From a bacterium (GTDB lineage Bacteria > UBA8248 > JACPRG01 > G963555815), in assembly GCA_965261595.1 (NCBI GenBank), contig CBDHDG010000007.1, positions 640,001-704,000 of the forward strand: a stretch of DNA of 64,000 nucleotides, in the 5' to 3' direction. The position numbers and the translations under genes are program-made. The notes under the pieces were generated by a model, which saw only the letters and a program-made list of their open reading frames with translations, searched no databases and had not been told where the DNA came from. Position 1 is the first letter of the stretch; each line of letters starts with the position of its first letter. Below, one piece after another: positions 41,803 to 51,685 of this stretch.

Positions 41803-42744
41803 GTGGACGTCGAAGCCCGGGCGCGGTTTGATCCCATCCGAAGACTGCCGAAAGCGAATGAGCGGCTCCTGACCCTCCTCCAGGGAAGATCGGAAAGCGA
41901 TTGGGCCGGTCCCACGAACTGCGGGGACTGGACCGTCGCCCAGCTCGCCGCCCACCTTGTCATCAACGCAAGATTCCTGGCCGAATCCGTCCGGGTTTGT
42001 CTGGACGAATCAACAAGCCGCCCAAATCCCAGTGACCTCGAACAGGGAGGGGGGGGGGAGCCCGGTGAGATACCCGCGGCGGCCCCCCTCCCCCCTCCCC
42101 CGGACCCGCCCCTGCCCTTCGGCGTGGCCGACCTGTCGGCCTTCAACGACTGGCGCGGCGAAGAAACGGCCCGTCTCGTGGGTGACGGACCGGCGCTCCT
42201 CCTGTCGAAAATCGAAGAATCCGCGTCCGACCTGCAAACGCAAATCCGGCGAATTCAGCACGAGAACGCCTCCATCCCGTTCTGGCACCCGTCCGGCGAA
42301 GGGAGACTCGGCTACATTCCGACGTTCAGGCTGTTCGAGCTTCAGCTTCACGGCTGGGACGTGCGGGTCATGGATGACCCCAGCGCCCGCCTCGACGAGG
42401 ATGGGCTTCCGCTGATGACGGATCGCCTTCCGCTCATGCTCGGCCGGTACGCACGGCTGCGAAGCCGGCCGGACCACCCGCGCGGCCGCGCGCGGATCGT
42501 CCTGACGGACCCGGCGCGGAACTTTCTTCTGGATTGGCGGGGTCCGGAGAGCCGGGCGGCCATCGACGACGGCGGGCCCGTGGCCGCGACGCTGACGGGA
42601 CAGTCAGAGGTCTTCGTCCGGCTGGCCGGCGGACGCGCGGACAGAGAGGCGTCGGAGCGGGCCGGTTTGTTTCACGTTCTCGGGGACGTCGCGGCGGGAA
42701 ACGCCCTGGCGGAGGTCCTGTTCCGGCCGCTGAAGTATCTGTAG
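41803..42744 (+). CDS. MDMPI/DinB-superfamily metal-binding protein with SCP2-like C-terminus
   Basis: DW..PT.C.DWTV..L.AHL ... ELQLHGWD. Confidence 0.8.
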   Translation: MDVEARARFDPIRRLPKANERLLTLLQGRSESDWAGPTNCGDWTVAQLAAHLVINARFLAESVRVCLDESTSRPNPSDLEQGGGGEPGEIPAAAPLPPPPDPPLPFGVADLSAFNDWRGEETARLVGDGPALLLSKIEESASDLQTQIRRIQHENASIPFWHPSGEGRLGYIPTFRLFELQLHGWDVRVMDDPSARLDEDGLPLMTDRLPLMLGRYARLRSRPDHPRGRARIVLTDPARNFLLDWRGPESRAAIDDGGPVAATLTGQSEVFVRLAGGRADREASERAGLFHVLGDVAAGNALAEVLFRPLKYL

Positions 42745-42830
42745 CCTGTCTCTGAAAACCGACGGTCGGGCATCGGCGACGCCCGGGGTGTGATTTCCCG
42801 CTCGCCGGCGGGCCAAACAAAAATCAAGCC

Positions 42831-43217
42831 GAAGGGGGTCTGTAAGCCGGGTTCTGTACCCCGCCGAAGGCGGAGCCGCGGCCATTCATCTAGGACCGCG
42901 GTTGCCCGCGGCCTCGAGCGGCCTACCCGGAAGCATCGGACGAGCAGTCCTCAAGCGCTTCCCTATTTGGCCTTGCTCCGGGTGGGGTTTACCGAGCCGG
43001 CCCGGTCACCCGGGCCGCTGGTGAGCTCTTACCTCACCGTTTCACCCTTACCGGCCCCCGGAAACCGGGGACGTAGGCGGTCTGTTCTCTGTGGCACTTT
43101 CCCTGGAGTTCGCCCCCTGAAGGGCTCCCCCGGTGGGCGTTACCCACCACCCCGCTCTGTGGAGCCCGGACTTTCCTCCCGCGCGTGTAACACGCCGGCG
43201 GCCGCGCAACCCCCTCC
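42831..43217 (-). ncRNA. rnpB: RNase P RNA, type A
   Basis: Minus strand has GAGGAAAGTCCGGGCTCC, AAGTGCCACAGA, GGGTGAAACGG, GGTAAACCCC, GAGCAAGGCCAAATAGG and ACAGAACCCGGCTTA. Confidence 0.96.
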
Positions 43218-43314
43218 GGCTAAAAAGCAACGAATGACCGACAGATTATCTCATATAGACTTAGTTCTTTTTGAACGACAAATCACATAATTCCCAGGGG
43301 TTGGAAACCCCCTG

Positions 43315-43391
43315 GCAGGGCGGGCTTCCAGCCCGCCATCCGGTGGCGGCCAAGATGGCCGCCCTACGCGGCCGAGCCGAAGGCTCGGCCT
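43315..43391. repeat. REPIN-like composite palindromic repeat, copy B
   Basis: GCAGGGCGGGCTTCCAGCCCGCC / GGCGGCCAAGATGGCCGCCCTAC (GTAG-type end) plus hairpin GGCCGAGCC-GAA-GGCTCGGCC. Confidence 0.75.
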
Positions 43392-43514
43392 TTCCCGCGC
43401 TTGGAAGATTCGAGATTCAAGTCGGTTTTTTCGGCGCGAAATGAAAGTTTTCGAGGGGGGCCTTGGGGGGACACACCCCACCGGGTGAAGTTTCCAAAAT
43501 GTCCCCCTAAGGTC

Positions 43515-44132
43515 TTAACCTTTCGCCTCATCGATTGCCTGGTTGGCGAGGGCGTCGGCGCGGGCGTTGCTTTCCCGGTAGACGTGCTCCGCCCGGAAGG
43601 ACTCCAACCCGCTGATGAGCCGCCGGGCCTTCGCGTAAAGCCCCTTGAGGTTTTCGCTCCTGACTTTGTAACGCCCTTGAAGCTGCCGGGCGAGAAGCTC
43701 CGAATCGCAATGGAACAGAACCCGCCGCGCGCCCCGATCGAGCGCGGTCTCGAGGCCCAGGATCAGCGCCCGGTACTCGGCGACATTGTTGGTGCATTCG
43801 CCGAGGTGCTCGAACGCCTCGCCCACAACATCTCCCGCTTCATCGCACAGGACCACCCCCGCCCCGGCCGGTCCGGGGTTTCCCCGGGAGGCGCCGTCGG
43901 CGTACAGGATGATGGAGCGGGGAAGGCGCCCCTCCGGCGCTTCCCGGGTCACCCGGGCCGGCGGGGCCGGCGGGCTTTTCGAAATCCGCTCGGCCCCGGT
44001 CTCCAGGGCGCGCCGGACATCTTCCCGCGTCCATTCGGGATGGTCGCGCAGGAGCCGGCCGACGTCCAGGTCCTCGGCCAGGCGTTTGAGGATTTTTTCG
44101 GGGTCCGGCGCGTCGGGCGCGTCGGGGTTCAC
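43515..44132 (-). CDS. rnhA: Ribonuclease HI with N-terminal helical extension
   Basis: YADGASRGNPG.AG, TNNVAEY.AL, DSEL, HVYRE.N..ADALAN. Confidence 0.92.
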   Translation of the reverse strand: MNPDAPDAPDPEKILKRLAEDLDVGRLLRDHPEWTREDVRRALETGAERISKSPPAPPARVTREAPEGRLPRSIILYADGASRGNPGPAGAGVVLCDEAGDVVGEAFEHLGECTNNVAEYRALILGLETALDRGARRVLFHCDSELLARQLQGRYKVRSENLKGLYAKARRLISGLESFRAEHVYRESNARADALANQAIDEAKG

Positions 44133-44890
44133 GCCTTCGTAGGCTCCGCCGGCCGCGGAGACTCGGCGGGCGATTCCTCTATCTCAGGGACGTAAAGAAT
44201 GCGGCTGCAATTGGGGCAGGTCTTGATCTCGTCGCTGTGCTTGATCTCGTGAACCAGTTGCAGAATGAGGCTTTGGTGGCACCCGGTGCAGATGGTCCCG
44301 TTCAAGGCGGCGACGGCCCAGCCTCGGACGGGCTTGATCCGCTGATATTCCGACAACCAGTCAGGGTCGATGTCGCGCTCGATTCGCTGATGATCGTTTC
44401 GCAGATTCGAGAGCTGATCCTCAATGCGCCTCAACCCTTCCTTCTTTCCCTCTTGCCGGCTGCGGGCTTGGGCCTCTTCCTCACGAAGGCGATCCGCGCC
44501 CCGGCGGATGTCCTCGATCATTTCTTCCGACGATTCCATCATCTCGAGGATTTCCGTTTCCAGCCGGTCTATCGCGCCCTTGATGCCCTCGATCTCCTGG
44601 AGGAGCGCGGTGTATTCCTTGTTCGTCTTGATCGCAATCTGTTTGCCCTGAGTTTTGCGCATCCGCTCGCGCTCGGACTCGATGTCGGCTTCCCGCCGCG
44701 CGCGCTCCCGCTCAAGGTCCTTGCGGCGCTCTTCCAGGCCGGCCTGCTTCGCCCGGGCCGCTTCCCGCTCGGCTTCGATCGACTGAAGGGCTTTCGGGAT
44801 CTCTTCCGCCTCGGCTTCCAGGCCGGCGATCTCCCGTTCCAGGTCCTGAAAATCTCGAAGGGATTGAAGCTGTAACTTCTTATCCGTCAC
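44129..44890 (-). CDS. Coiled-coil C4 zinc-ribbon protein (DUF164-like)
   Basis: Long coiled coil, IKTNKEY.AL..EI, CTGC...CPNC.RILY. Confidence 0.9.
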   Translation of the reverse strand: MTDKKLQLQSLRDFQDLEREIAGLEAEAEEIPKALQSIEAEREAARAKQAGLEERRKDLERERARREADIESERERMRKTQGKQIAIKTNKEYTALLQEIEGIKGAIDRLETEILEMMESSEEMIEDIRRGADRLREEEAQARSRQEGKKEGLRRIEDQLSNLRNDHQRIERDIDPDWLSEYQRIKPVRGWAVAALNGTICTGCHQSLILQLVHEIKHSDEIKTCPNCSRILYVPEIEESPAESPRPAEPTKA

Positions 44891-44941
44891 GATGGCTTCT
44901 TCTGGTTCGGCCGGTTTCCCGCCCAGCCTGCAGGTTATGCG

Positions 44942-45017
44942 TGGTGGGCCCGCCTGGATTCGAACCAGGGACCGACCGGTTATGAGCCGGTGGCTCTGAC
45001 CGCTGAGCTACGGGCCC
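44942..45017 (-). tRNA. tRNA with CAU anticodon, most likely tRNA-Ile2 (lysidine)
   Basis: GGGCCCGTAGCTCAG...CTCATAA...GGTTCGAATCC...GGGCCCACCA. Paired 1:72 and no GGG/CCC anticodon stem, so not initiator tRNA; located downstream of rpoD. Confidence 0.9.
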
Positions 45018-45082
45018 CGCTCGCCCCGGCCGGTCCTGGCCGCCGACTCATTCCGCCGGGTCCGGCCGCGGGATAGGATGAT

Positions 45083-46798
45083 TCAATCCGCAAAACTTCG
45101 CAGACGCTTGCTGCGGCTCGGGTGCCGGAGCTTGCGCAGCGCCTTGGCCTCGATTTGGCGAATCCGCTCGCGCGTCACTTCGAACCCCTGGCCGACCTCC
45201 TCCAGCGTGTGCTCGTTGTCCATCCCGATCCCGAAGCGCTTGCGAAGGACCTTTTCCTCGCGGGGGGTCAGGGTCTGCAACACGCGCAGGGTCTGCTCCT
45301 TGAGGTCCATCTTGACCACGGCGTCCTGGGGCGCAATCACCTGTTTGTCCTCGATGAAGTCGCCCAGGTGGCTGTCCTCTTCCTCGCCGATGGGCGTTTC
45401 CAGGGAGATGGGCTCCTTGGCGATTTTCAGGACCTTGCGCACCTTGTCCACCGGCATCTCTATCCGATCGGCAATCTCCTCCGGCGTGGGCTCGCGCCCG
45501 TTTTCCTGGACCAGATAGCGGGAGGTCCGGACCAGCTTGTTGATGGTTTCGATCATGTGGACGGGGATCCGGATGGTCCGGGCCTGGTCGGCAATGGCCC
45601 GCGTGATGGCCTGGCGGATCCACCAGGTCGCGTACGTGCTGAACTTGTAACCGCGCCTGTACTCGAACTTATCCACCGCCTTCATCAGGCCGATGTTCCC
45701 TTCCTGGATCAGGTCGAGGAATTGCAGACCGCGGTTGGTGTATTTTTTGGCGATGCTGACCACCAGTCTCAGGTTGGCCTCCGCCAGGGCCTTTTTGGCC
45801 TGTTTGTCCTTGGCCCGGCCGCCGGAGATCCGCTTGAGGGTCTCGGCCAACTCTTCCCGGCCGGCGCCCACTTCCTGTTCGATCTTCCGGATGCTCCGCT
45901 GATGGGACCGGATTCGGCGGTCGAACTCCATCAGGATTTCCACTTTGTGCCGTCCCTTGCGGCAGCGGCCGGTGCGCTTCGTTTCCCGCAGGATGCGCCG
46001 GAGCTCGGCGACGTCGAGATCGACCTCTTCCAGCAGGGCCTGAACCTGGCGGTCATGCGCCCGGATCTCGCGATAGCTGGTCTTGATCTTCGCGATGATG
46101 CCGTCAATCTCGGCGGGAGCCAGACCGACCTCCTGAATCAGCTCCACGATGCGATCCTGATAGCGCTTGATCGACTTCATCGCGCTGGGCGACGGACCGG
46201 CGGCCTGGGATTTCAGGAGCCGGCGGTGCGTGTCCCGGACCTTGCCGATCAGCGCCAGGATCCGGTTCTTTTCCCGCTCCTCTTCCGATACAACCTTCTC
46301 TTCCCCTACGTTGATCCTCGTGATGTTCAGCGCGCGGATGTGTCCTTTCCGCAGGGCGTCGCCAAAGTCGATGACGTCCTTTATGGCCACGGAGGTGGAG
46401 ATGGCGGCCTGGATCACCTCCATCTGACCCTCCTCGATCCGCTTGGCGATCTTTATCTCCCCATCGCGGCTCAGCAGGGGGATGGAGCCCATTTCCCGCA
46501 GATACATCCGAACCGGGTCATCGGTGCGCCCCAAATTGGAGTCGTCCACCTGAAATTCCCGCGCCGGGGCCTGCTTTGCCGATTCCTGGTCCGTGGACGA
46601 GTTTTGCTGAAACTCCAGATCCTTTTCGATGACGTCGATGTCGGTTTCCCCGAACATCATCATGATGTCGTCAATCTGTTCAGGGGTGACGACATCCGGA
46701 GGCAAAAAGTCGTTGACCTCTTCGTAGGTGAGGTAGCCCTTTTCTTTCCCCAGGGAAATTAGCTGCTTGACCTCGTGAAGTCTTTCCTGATTCGACAT
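45083..46798 (-). CDS. rpoD: Primary sigma factor
   Basis: [48 protein letters not shown]. Confidence 0.98.
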   Translation of the reverse strand: MSNQERLHEVKQLISLGKEKGYLTYEEVNDFLPPDVVTPEQIDDIMMMFGETDIDVIEKDLEFQQNSSTDQESAKQAPAREFQVDDSNLGRTDDPVRMYLREMGSIPLLSRDGEIKIAKRIEEGQMEVIQAAISTSVAIKDVIDFGDALRKGHIRALNITRINVGEEKVVSEEEREKNRILALIGKVRDTHRRLLKSQAAGPSPSAMKSIKRYQDRIVELIQEVGLAPAEIDGIIAKIKTSYREIRAHDRQVQALLEEVDLDVAELRRILRETKRTGRCRKGRHKVEILMEFDRRIRSHQRSIRKIEQEVGAGREELAETLKRISGGRAKDKQAKKALAEANLRLVVSIAKKYTNRGLQFLDLIQEGNIGLMKAVDKFEYRRGYKFSTYATWWIRQAITRAIADQARTIRIPVHMIETINKLVRTSRYLVQENGREPTPEEIADRIEMPVDKVRKVLKIAKEPISLETPIGEEEDSHLGDFIEDKQVIAPQDAVVKMDLKEQTLRVLQTLTPREEKVLRKRFGIGMDNEHTLEEVGQGFEVTRERIRQIEAKALRKLRHPSRSKRLRSFAD

Positions 46799-46882
46799 AT
46801 CGACGTCCTTTTTCCAAGCTTCGGCCCGCAAACCCCCTGAATACCCTCTCGGGCATCATCCGGCCGAGGGGGCCCGCATGAA

Positions 46883-48814
46883 TCACTCCGCCTGTGTCAC
46901 CTCCTGAAGGGGGCCCAGCTTCTCTTTCCTCATGGCCTCCCGCTCTTCCGTCAAAGACTGAACCGCGTCTTCGTCCCCGCGCCGCTTGGCGTCGTCCATC
47001 CGGGACCGCCAATCTTCTATCCGGCGCTTCAAGCCGTCACCCAATATCCGGGCGATGCATTCGCCGGCCGCACGCTCCGGCTCATCCGCCCAGGCAGGCG
47101 GCGCCATGGCCAACGCGGCCGCCAGCTTCTCCACATCCGGATCCCCGACGGCCGCCAGCACGGCCGGGACGAATTCCCCCTCGTCCAATCCGCCGGCCTT
47201 CGCCGCCCCGGCGCTCGCCACGGCGGCCGAGCCGATGCGGCGGAGCCGCGGGTCCGAGAACAACTCCATGGGAAGCTCCAGCCGAGCCGCAAGCTCAGGA
47301 TGGCTCAGCAGGACCTGGACCAGCATCTTCTCCGCCGGGGGAAGGCGCTCGGACTTCGCCTTCATCTCCACCGTCGCCTGAACGCCCTCGTCTCTGCGCC
47401 CCCGGGACCGGAGGGCCCGCTCAGCCAAATCCCCGTCGATCCGAAGCCGCTCGCTCAAATCCCTCACGTACTCCCGCCGTACCGCCTCCCGCTGTCCGGA
47501 CAAGAGCGAAGCCGCCTCCTGGAGGGCTTCCAGCCTTCGCTCGATGGGCGAATCCGCGGGGTGCGCCGAGACCGTGCGGTCCAGCAGGTAATCGATCAGG
47601 TTCTCGGCCTTCTCCAGAAGGACGCCGAAGGACGCCGCGCCGCGGCTCCGCACGTAGCTGTCGGCGTCTTCGCCCGACGGCAGGACGACCACCCGGAGCG
47701 CCATCCGGTTCCAAGCGCCTCCGCCGGGACCGCCCATTTTCAATAATGTGGTCAATTCTTTGCCGCCGCGCCACTTTTCCGGCAGATCGGTCTGCTGATA
47801 GGTATCGAGCAGCATCGCGCCGCCCCGCCGGGCCGCGCCCTCGCCGGCCGCATCCGGGTCAAAACAGAACACGAGGGTCTCGCAGAAACCCTCCCTTCGC
47901 AAGCTCCCGACGTGATCGGAAGTCAGGGCCGTGCCCATCGAGGCCACGGCGTTCTTTATCCCATGCTGATGAAGGGCGATAACGTCGAAATAGCCCTCCA
48001 CGATCAATGCCGTCCGCTCATCGCGGATGGTCTCCTTGGATTCATGGAGGCCGTACAGGATTCGGTTCTTTCTGAAAACCGGCGTGTCGGGCGAATTGAG
48101 ATACTTGGGGGCATTCTCGTCTTCCTCGCCGCCGAAGATCCGGCCTCCAAATCCCGCAATCCCTCCGCCCGGGGTCCGGATCGGGAAGACGATGCGTCCC
48201 CGGAACACGTCGTAGGCCCCGTCTCCCCCCGCTCCCCCGGATCGCGGCTTGGCGAGCCCGGCCGCCACCGCCTGGCGGGACGAAAATCCGTTCCGGCCCA
48301 GATATTCCAGGAGGTTCCGCCAGCCCGCCGGTGCGAGCCCGATGCCGAACGTCTCGATCGACGCGTCGGAGATTCCGCGGTCCGCCAGGTATTTTCGGGC
48401 GCCGGCACCGACCTTCGACGACAGGGCGTCCCGGTAAAAGCGCGCGGCCGTTTCGTTGATTTTCCGAATCCCGCGCCTCATCCGCTCCTCGCCGTCATCC
48501 GCGGGCGTATCCGGCGCCGAGGCCGGAAGCGCGACCCCCGCCTTGTCCGCCAGGATCCGGATCGCCTCCGGAAAGGTCAGGTTCCGGTGAAGCATGGTGA
48601 ACTTGAAAATATCTCCCCCCCGAGAGCAGCCGAAGCAGTAGAAGATCCGTTTTCCCGGATGAACGTTGAAGGAAGGGATTTTTTCCTCGTGAAACGGGCA
48701 CAGGCCCTTGTAATTGGCCCCGGCCTTTTTCAACGGGACAGACTGGGAAATCCAGTCGATAATGTCCACCGAGTCCCGGATCCGGCCCAGAATCTCTTCT
48801 GAATAACGCGCCAT
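46883..48814 (-). CDS. dnaG: DNA primase
   Basis: CPFH.EK..SF..CFGC, KYLNSP, VEGYFDV, FD.D.AG, D.D; ATG 48814. Confidence 0.96.
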   Translation of the reverse strand: MARYSEEILGRIRDSVDIIDWISQSVPLKKAGANYKGLCPFHEEKIPSFNVHPGKRIFYCFGCSRGGDIFKFTMLHRNLTFPEAIRILADKAGVALPASAPDTPADDGEERMRRGIRKINETAARFYRDALSSKVGAGARKYLADRGISDASIETFGIGLAPAGWRNLLEYLGRNGFSSRQAVAAGLAKPRSGGAGGDGAYDVFRGRIVFPIRTPGGGIAGFGGRIFGGEEDENAPKYLNSPDTPVFRKNRILYGLHESKETIRDERTALIVEGYFDVIALHQHGIKNAVASMGTALTSDHVGSLRREGFCETLVFCFDPDAAGEGAARRGGAMLLDTYQQTDLPEKWRGGKELTTLLKMGGPGGGAWNRMALRVVVLPSGEDADSYVRSRGAASFGVLLEKAENLIDYLLDRTVSAHPADSPIERRLEALQEAASLLSGQREAVRREYVRDLSERLRIDGDLAERALRSRGRRDEGVQATVEMKAKSERLPPAEKMLVQVLLSHPELAARLELPMELFSDPRLRRIGSAAVASAGAAKAGGLDEGEFVPAVLAAVGDPDVEKLAAALAMAPPAWADEPERAAGECIARILGDGLKRRIEDWRSRMDDAKRRGDEDAVQSLTEEREAMRKEKLGPLQEVTQAE

Positions 48815-48837
48815 CTTCGGCCTTTCAGAAACGCCCT

Positions 48838-51270
48838 TTATAGGCGGGCGGGGGATGGGTCCCCGGCCATCTCCACAATGGTGACGCCTTCTCCGCCGGC
48901 CTCGCGCGCGGCCGGGAAGAAATTCTTGACCAGCGGATTCCCTTCCAGGGCTTCGGCGACGGCGCGCTTGAGCGCCCCCGTCCCCTTGCCGTGAATGATC
49001 CGCACAAAGGGAAGACCCGAAATCGCCGCGTCGTCCAGGCATTGCTCCACCCGCCGGAGGGCCTCTTCCACCCGCTGCCCCAGGAGGTGCAACTCGAAAC
49101 CCGACGCGCCGCCCGAATCCTCGCGGGATTCGGCATGCCGCTCGAAGGTGACGCCCGCGTCCCGGCCGCCGGAATCGTCCGGAAAGTCCTCCGCCCGGCC
49201 CAGGATCACCAAGTCCCCCTCGGCCAGCCAGGCCCGTTTTCCCCCCGTGGCGACGCACCACTCGCCCCGGGCGTTCTTCTCCTCTCCGACGACGCCCCGC
49301 CATCCCATCGATCGCGAACGGACGAGATCGCCCGCGCGGACCGGGCGCCGCTCGGCCTTTTCGGCCTCGGCGGGCGGGGCGCCGGCCAAAACATCGTCCC
49401 GGGACCTCTCCAGGGCGGCCACGCTCTTCCTCGCCCGGTCTTTCATTTCGGGAAGGGCCTCGCGCGCGGCGCGGCCGGCGGCGCGGATCGCCCGCTCCAG
49501 GTCGAGGACTTTCAGCCGGGCGTCGTGAAGGAACCTTTGGGCCTTCGCCTCAAACCTCTCACGCCGCCCGGACAACAGCCCGCGCGCTTCGCTAACCTCC
49601 GCCCGGGCCGCTTCGAGGGCCGCCCGGTCCGCCTTCGACTTCTCCTCGAGGGCCTGGAGCCGCTCTTCCCGGGCCTCGAGGCGGTCCCCCCTCGCCCGCA
49701 CTCCCGGATCGGTCCCCCGCGTCAGGTCCCGGGCCCTTTCGACGACGACTTTCGGCATGCCCAGGCGCTCGGCCACGGCGAGGGCATAGCTCGTCCCCGC
49801 GATTCCCGATATCAGCCGGAAGGTGGGCAAAAACCTCCGCCGGTCGAACTCGACCGCCGCGTTGAGGGCCGCCGGCGTCTCATCGGCGTAGGTCTTCAGG
49901 GCTTCCTGGTGCGTGGTGACAATGACCCACGCCCGCTTCGAGGCCAGGGTTTCCAACACGGCCACGCCCAGGGCCGCGCCTTCAGCCGGGTCCGTTCCCG
50001 CGCCCAACTCGTCCATCAGGATCAAAGAGCGCTCTGTCGCCATCTCCAAAAAGCTCACATGATGGGCCAAACGGGCTGAAAATGTGCTCAGGCTCTCGGC
50101 GAGGCTCTGCTCGTCGCCGATGTCGGCGAAGATCCGATCCAAATAGGGAATCTCCGTTCCCTCCGCGGCCGGCACGGGGCAGCCCGCGTGGGCCAGCATG
50201 GCGAGCAGGCCGACGGTTTTCAGCGCGATCGTCTTCCCGCCCGTATTCGCGCCGCTGATGACAAGCTGGCGCTCTTCGCCCTCCAGGCGCACATCCAGCG
50301 GAACGGTCCGCCGCCTTCCCTTCTGACGCTCGATGAGCGGATGGCGGGCGCCGGACATACGCAGGACGCCGGCATCGTTCATCTCCGGCTCGACACAATC
50401 GAATTGCTCGGCAAACCGGGCCATGGACAATCCCACGTCGAGATCCACCAGCCAGCCGACCAGGGTCCCGAGGGAGTCCCGCCCATCGAAGATCCGGTCC
50501 GTCCACTCCTTCAGAATCCGGTAAGTTTCCGCCGTTTCCTCTACGCGCAGCTCCGCCATCCGGTCGTTTTCGGACTGAATCAGGAGCGGCTCGACGTACA
50601 GGGTCTGGCCGCTGGCCGACTGGTCGAGGATGAGCCCCTTCAAAGTCCTGCGGAAGCCGGGCTTCACCGGAATCACGTAGCGGTCGCGGCGGATGAGGAC
50701 AAGCGGCTCCTGGAGAATTTCCGACCATCCCGACATCCGGGATTCGAGCGTCGCGCGAACCTCCTCCCGCAGGCGTCTGAGGCTTCGGCGGACACCCTGA
50801 AGCTTAGAGCTGGCCGTGTCGGCCAGGCGTCCGTCCGGATCCAGGGATCGGCGGATGCTCGCGGCCAAGGGGGGCAGGGCGGAAAACTCCGGAACGTCGG
50901 AGAGAAGAGCGGGGCAGCGGTCGGCGGCTTCTTTCAGTCCGCGCCGGGCGGATTCGGCCCGCTCGACCACCTCGGCCACCGCCAACAGGCGCTCCGGCTC
51001 GATGGGCTCGGCCCCGTATTTCAGCGGGGTCAGCCAGGTGCGGAGGTCACTGAAAGGATCGAGAGGAAACGGGCCCGTGGAAAGGAAACGGCGCATTTCC
51101 GCCACGCGGCGGAATCGCGATTGGATGAGCCGGGAAGAATCGGAGGGCAGCAGGCCGAGCAGGGCGTCCGCACCGGGCCGCGACGACGCGAAGCTTTCCA
51201 GAAGCTTCCGAAACGCATCGAATTCCAGCGCCGAAACGGCGTCTTCAGCGATGATGGACCGGAAGCTGAT
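48838..51270 (-). CDS. mutS2: Endonuclease MutS2
   Basis: SGANTGGKT, DIGDEQS...SLSTFS, DELGAGTDP, C-terminal Smr domain (IIHGKGTG). The N-terminal LEFD motif lies upstream of the ORF-track start; probable ATC start at 51270. Confidence 0.92.
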   Translation of the reverse strand: MSFRSIIAEDAVSALEFDAFRKLLESFASSRPGADALLGLLPSDSSRLIQSRFRRVAEMRRFLSTGPFPLDPFSDLRTWLTPLKYGAEPIEPERLLAVAEVVERAESARRGLKEAADRCPALLSDVPEFSALPPLAASIRRSLDPDGRLADTASSKLQGVRRSLRRLREEVRATLESRMSGWSEILQEPLVLIRRDRYVIPVKPGFRRTLKGLILDQSASGQTLYVEPLLIQSENDRMAELRVEETAETYRILKEWTDRIFDGRDSLGTLVGWLVDLDVGLSMARFAEQFDCVEPEMNDAGVLRMSGARHPLIERQKGRRRTVPLDVRLEGEERQLVISGANTGGKTIALKTVGLLAMLAHAGCPVPAAEGTEIPYLDRIFADIGDEQSLAESLSTFSARLAHHVSFLEMATERSLILMDELGAGTDPAEGAALGVAVLETLASKRAWVIVTTHQEALKTYADETPAALNAAVEFDRRRFLPTFRLISGIAGTSYALAVAERLGMPKVVVERARDLTRGTDPGVRARGDRLEAREERLQALEEKSKADRAALEAARAEVSEARGLLSGRRERFEAKAQRFLHDARLKVLDLERAIRAAGRAAREALPEMKDRARKSVAALERSRDDVLAGAPPAEAEKAERRPVRAGDLVRSRSMGWRGVVGEEKNARGEWCVATGGKRAWLAEGDLVILGRAEDFPDDSGGRDAGVTFERHAESREDSGGASGFELHLLGQRVEEALRRVEQCLDDAAISGLPFVRIIHGKGTGALKRAVAEALEGNPLVKNFFPAAREAGGEGVTIVEMAGDPSPARL

Positions 51271-51282
51271 CGCTCCGCCTCC

Positions 51283-51630
51283 TCAACGAGAATAAACCGA
51301 TTTCACGAAACCCCCCAGCCGCGGCCGCGCGCTGAGCCCCCTCACAGAAGCAAAAAATCCGGTCACGCCGCGTCCATCGGGCGAAAAGGACCGGATCGCG
51401 TTTTCGATAAGCGAGGAGATATTCCTGGAAAAATAAAGGAGGGTTCGGGGATTCCTCAGCGCCTGAATCAGGATCGGAGGATCTCCCACCATCCTCATAC
51501 CGGGCGGCTCCATAGATGGGAAAAAGGGGTCAGTGGATAGAGAAACGGAACCCGGGGCTGTTCGAATGCCATCTCCGACACCAGCGCGCTCAGGAAGCGT
51601 GAAATCAATGGGAGAATCAGTGAGATTCAT
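51283..51630 (-). CDS. Hypothetical protein or gene remnant upstream of mutS2
   Basis: Co-oriented ORF filling the hisIE-mutS2 gap; no recognisable motif. Confidence 0.3.
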   Translation of the reverse strand: MNLTDSPIDFTLPERAGVGDGIRTAPGSVSLSTDPFFPSMEPPGMRMVGDPPILIQALRNPRTLLYFSRNISSLIENAIRSFSPDGRGVTGFFASVRGLSARPRLGGFVKSVYSR

Positions 51631-51685
51631 TCACTTGGCTAAACGAGAAATATATTGTCCTCCCATGGATTTGTCAATGATAGGG

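Noticed and set aside
44942..45017. Initiator tRNA-fMet
   Set aside because: G1-C72 is paired and the three consecutive G-C anticodon-stem pairs are absent.
46883..49303. 806-aa DnaG with long N-terminal extension (likewise extended hisG, hisD, alkA, prfA ORFs)
   Set aside because: The extensions overlap upstream genes in another frame; conserved starts lie downstream.
51283..51500. CvpA remnant upstream of mutS2
   Set aside because: The position is suggestive but no CvpA transmembrane motif is recognisable.
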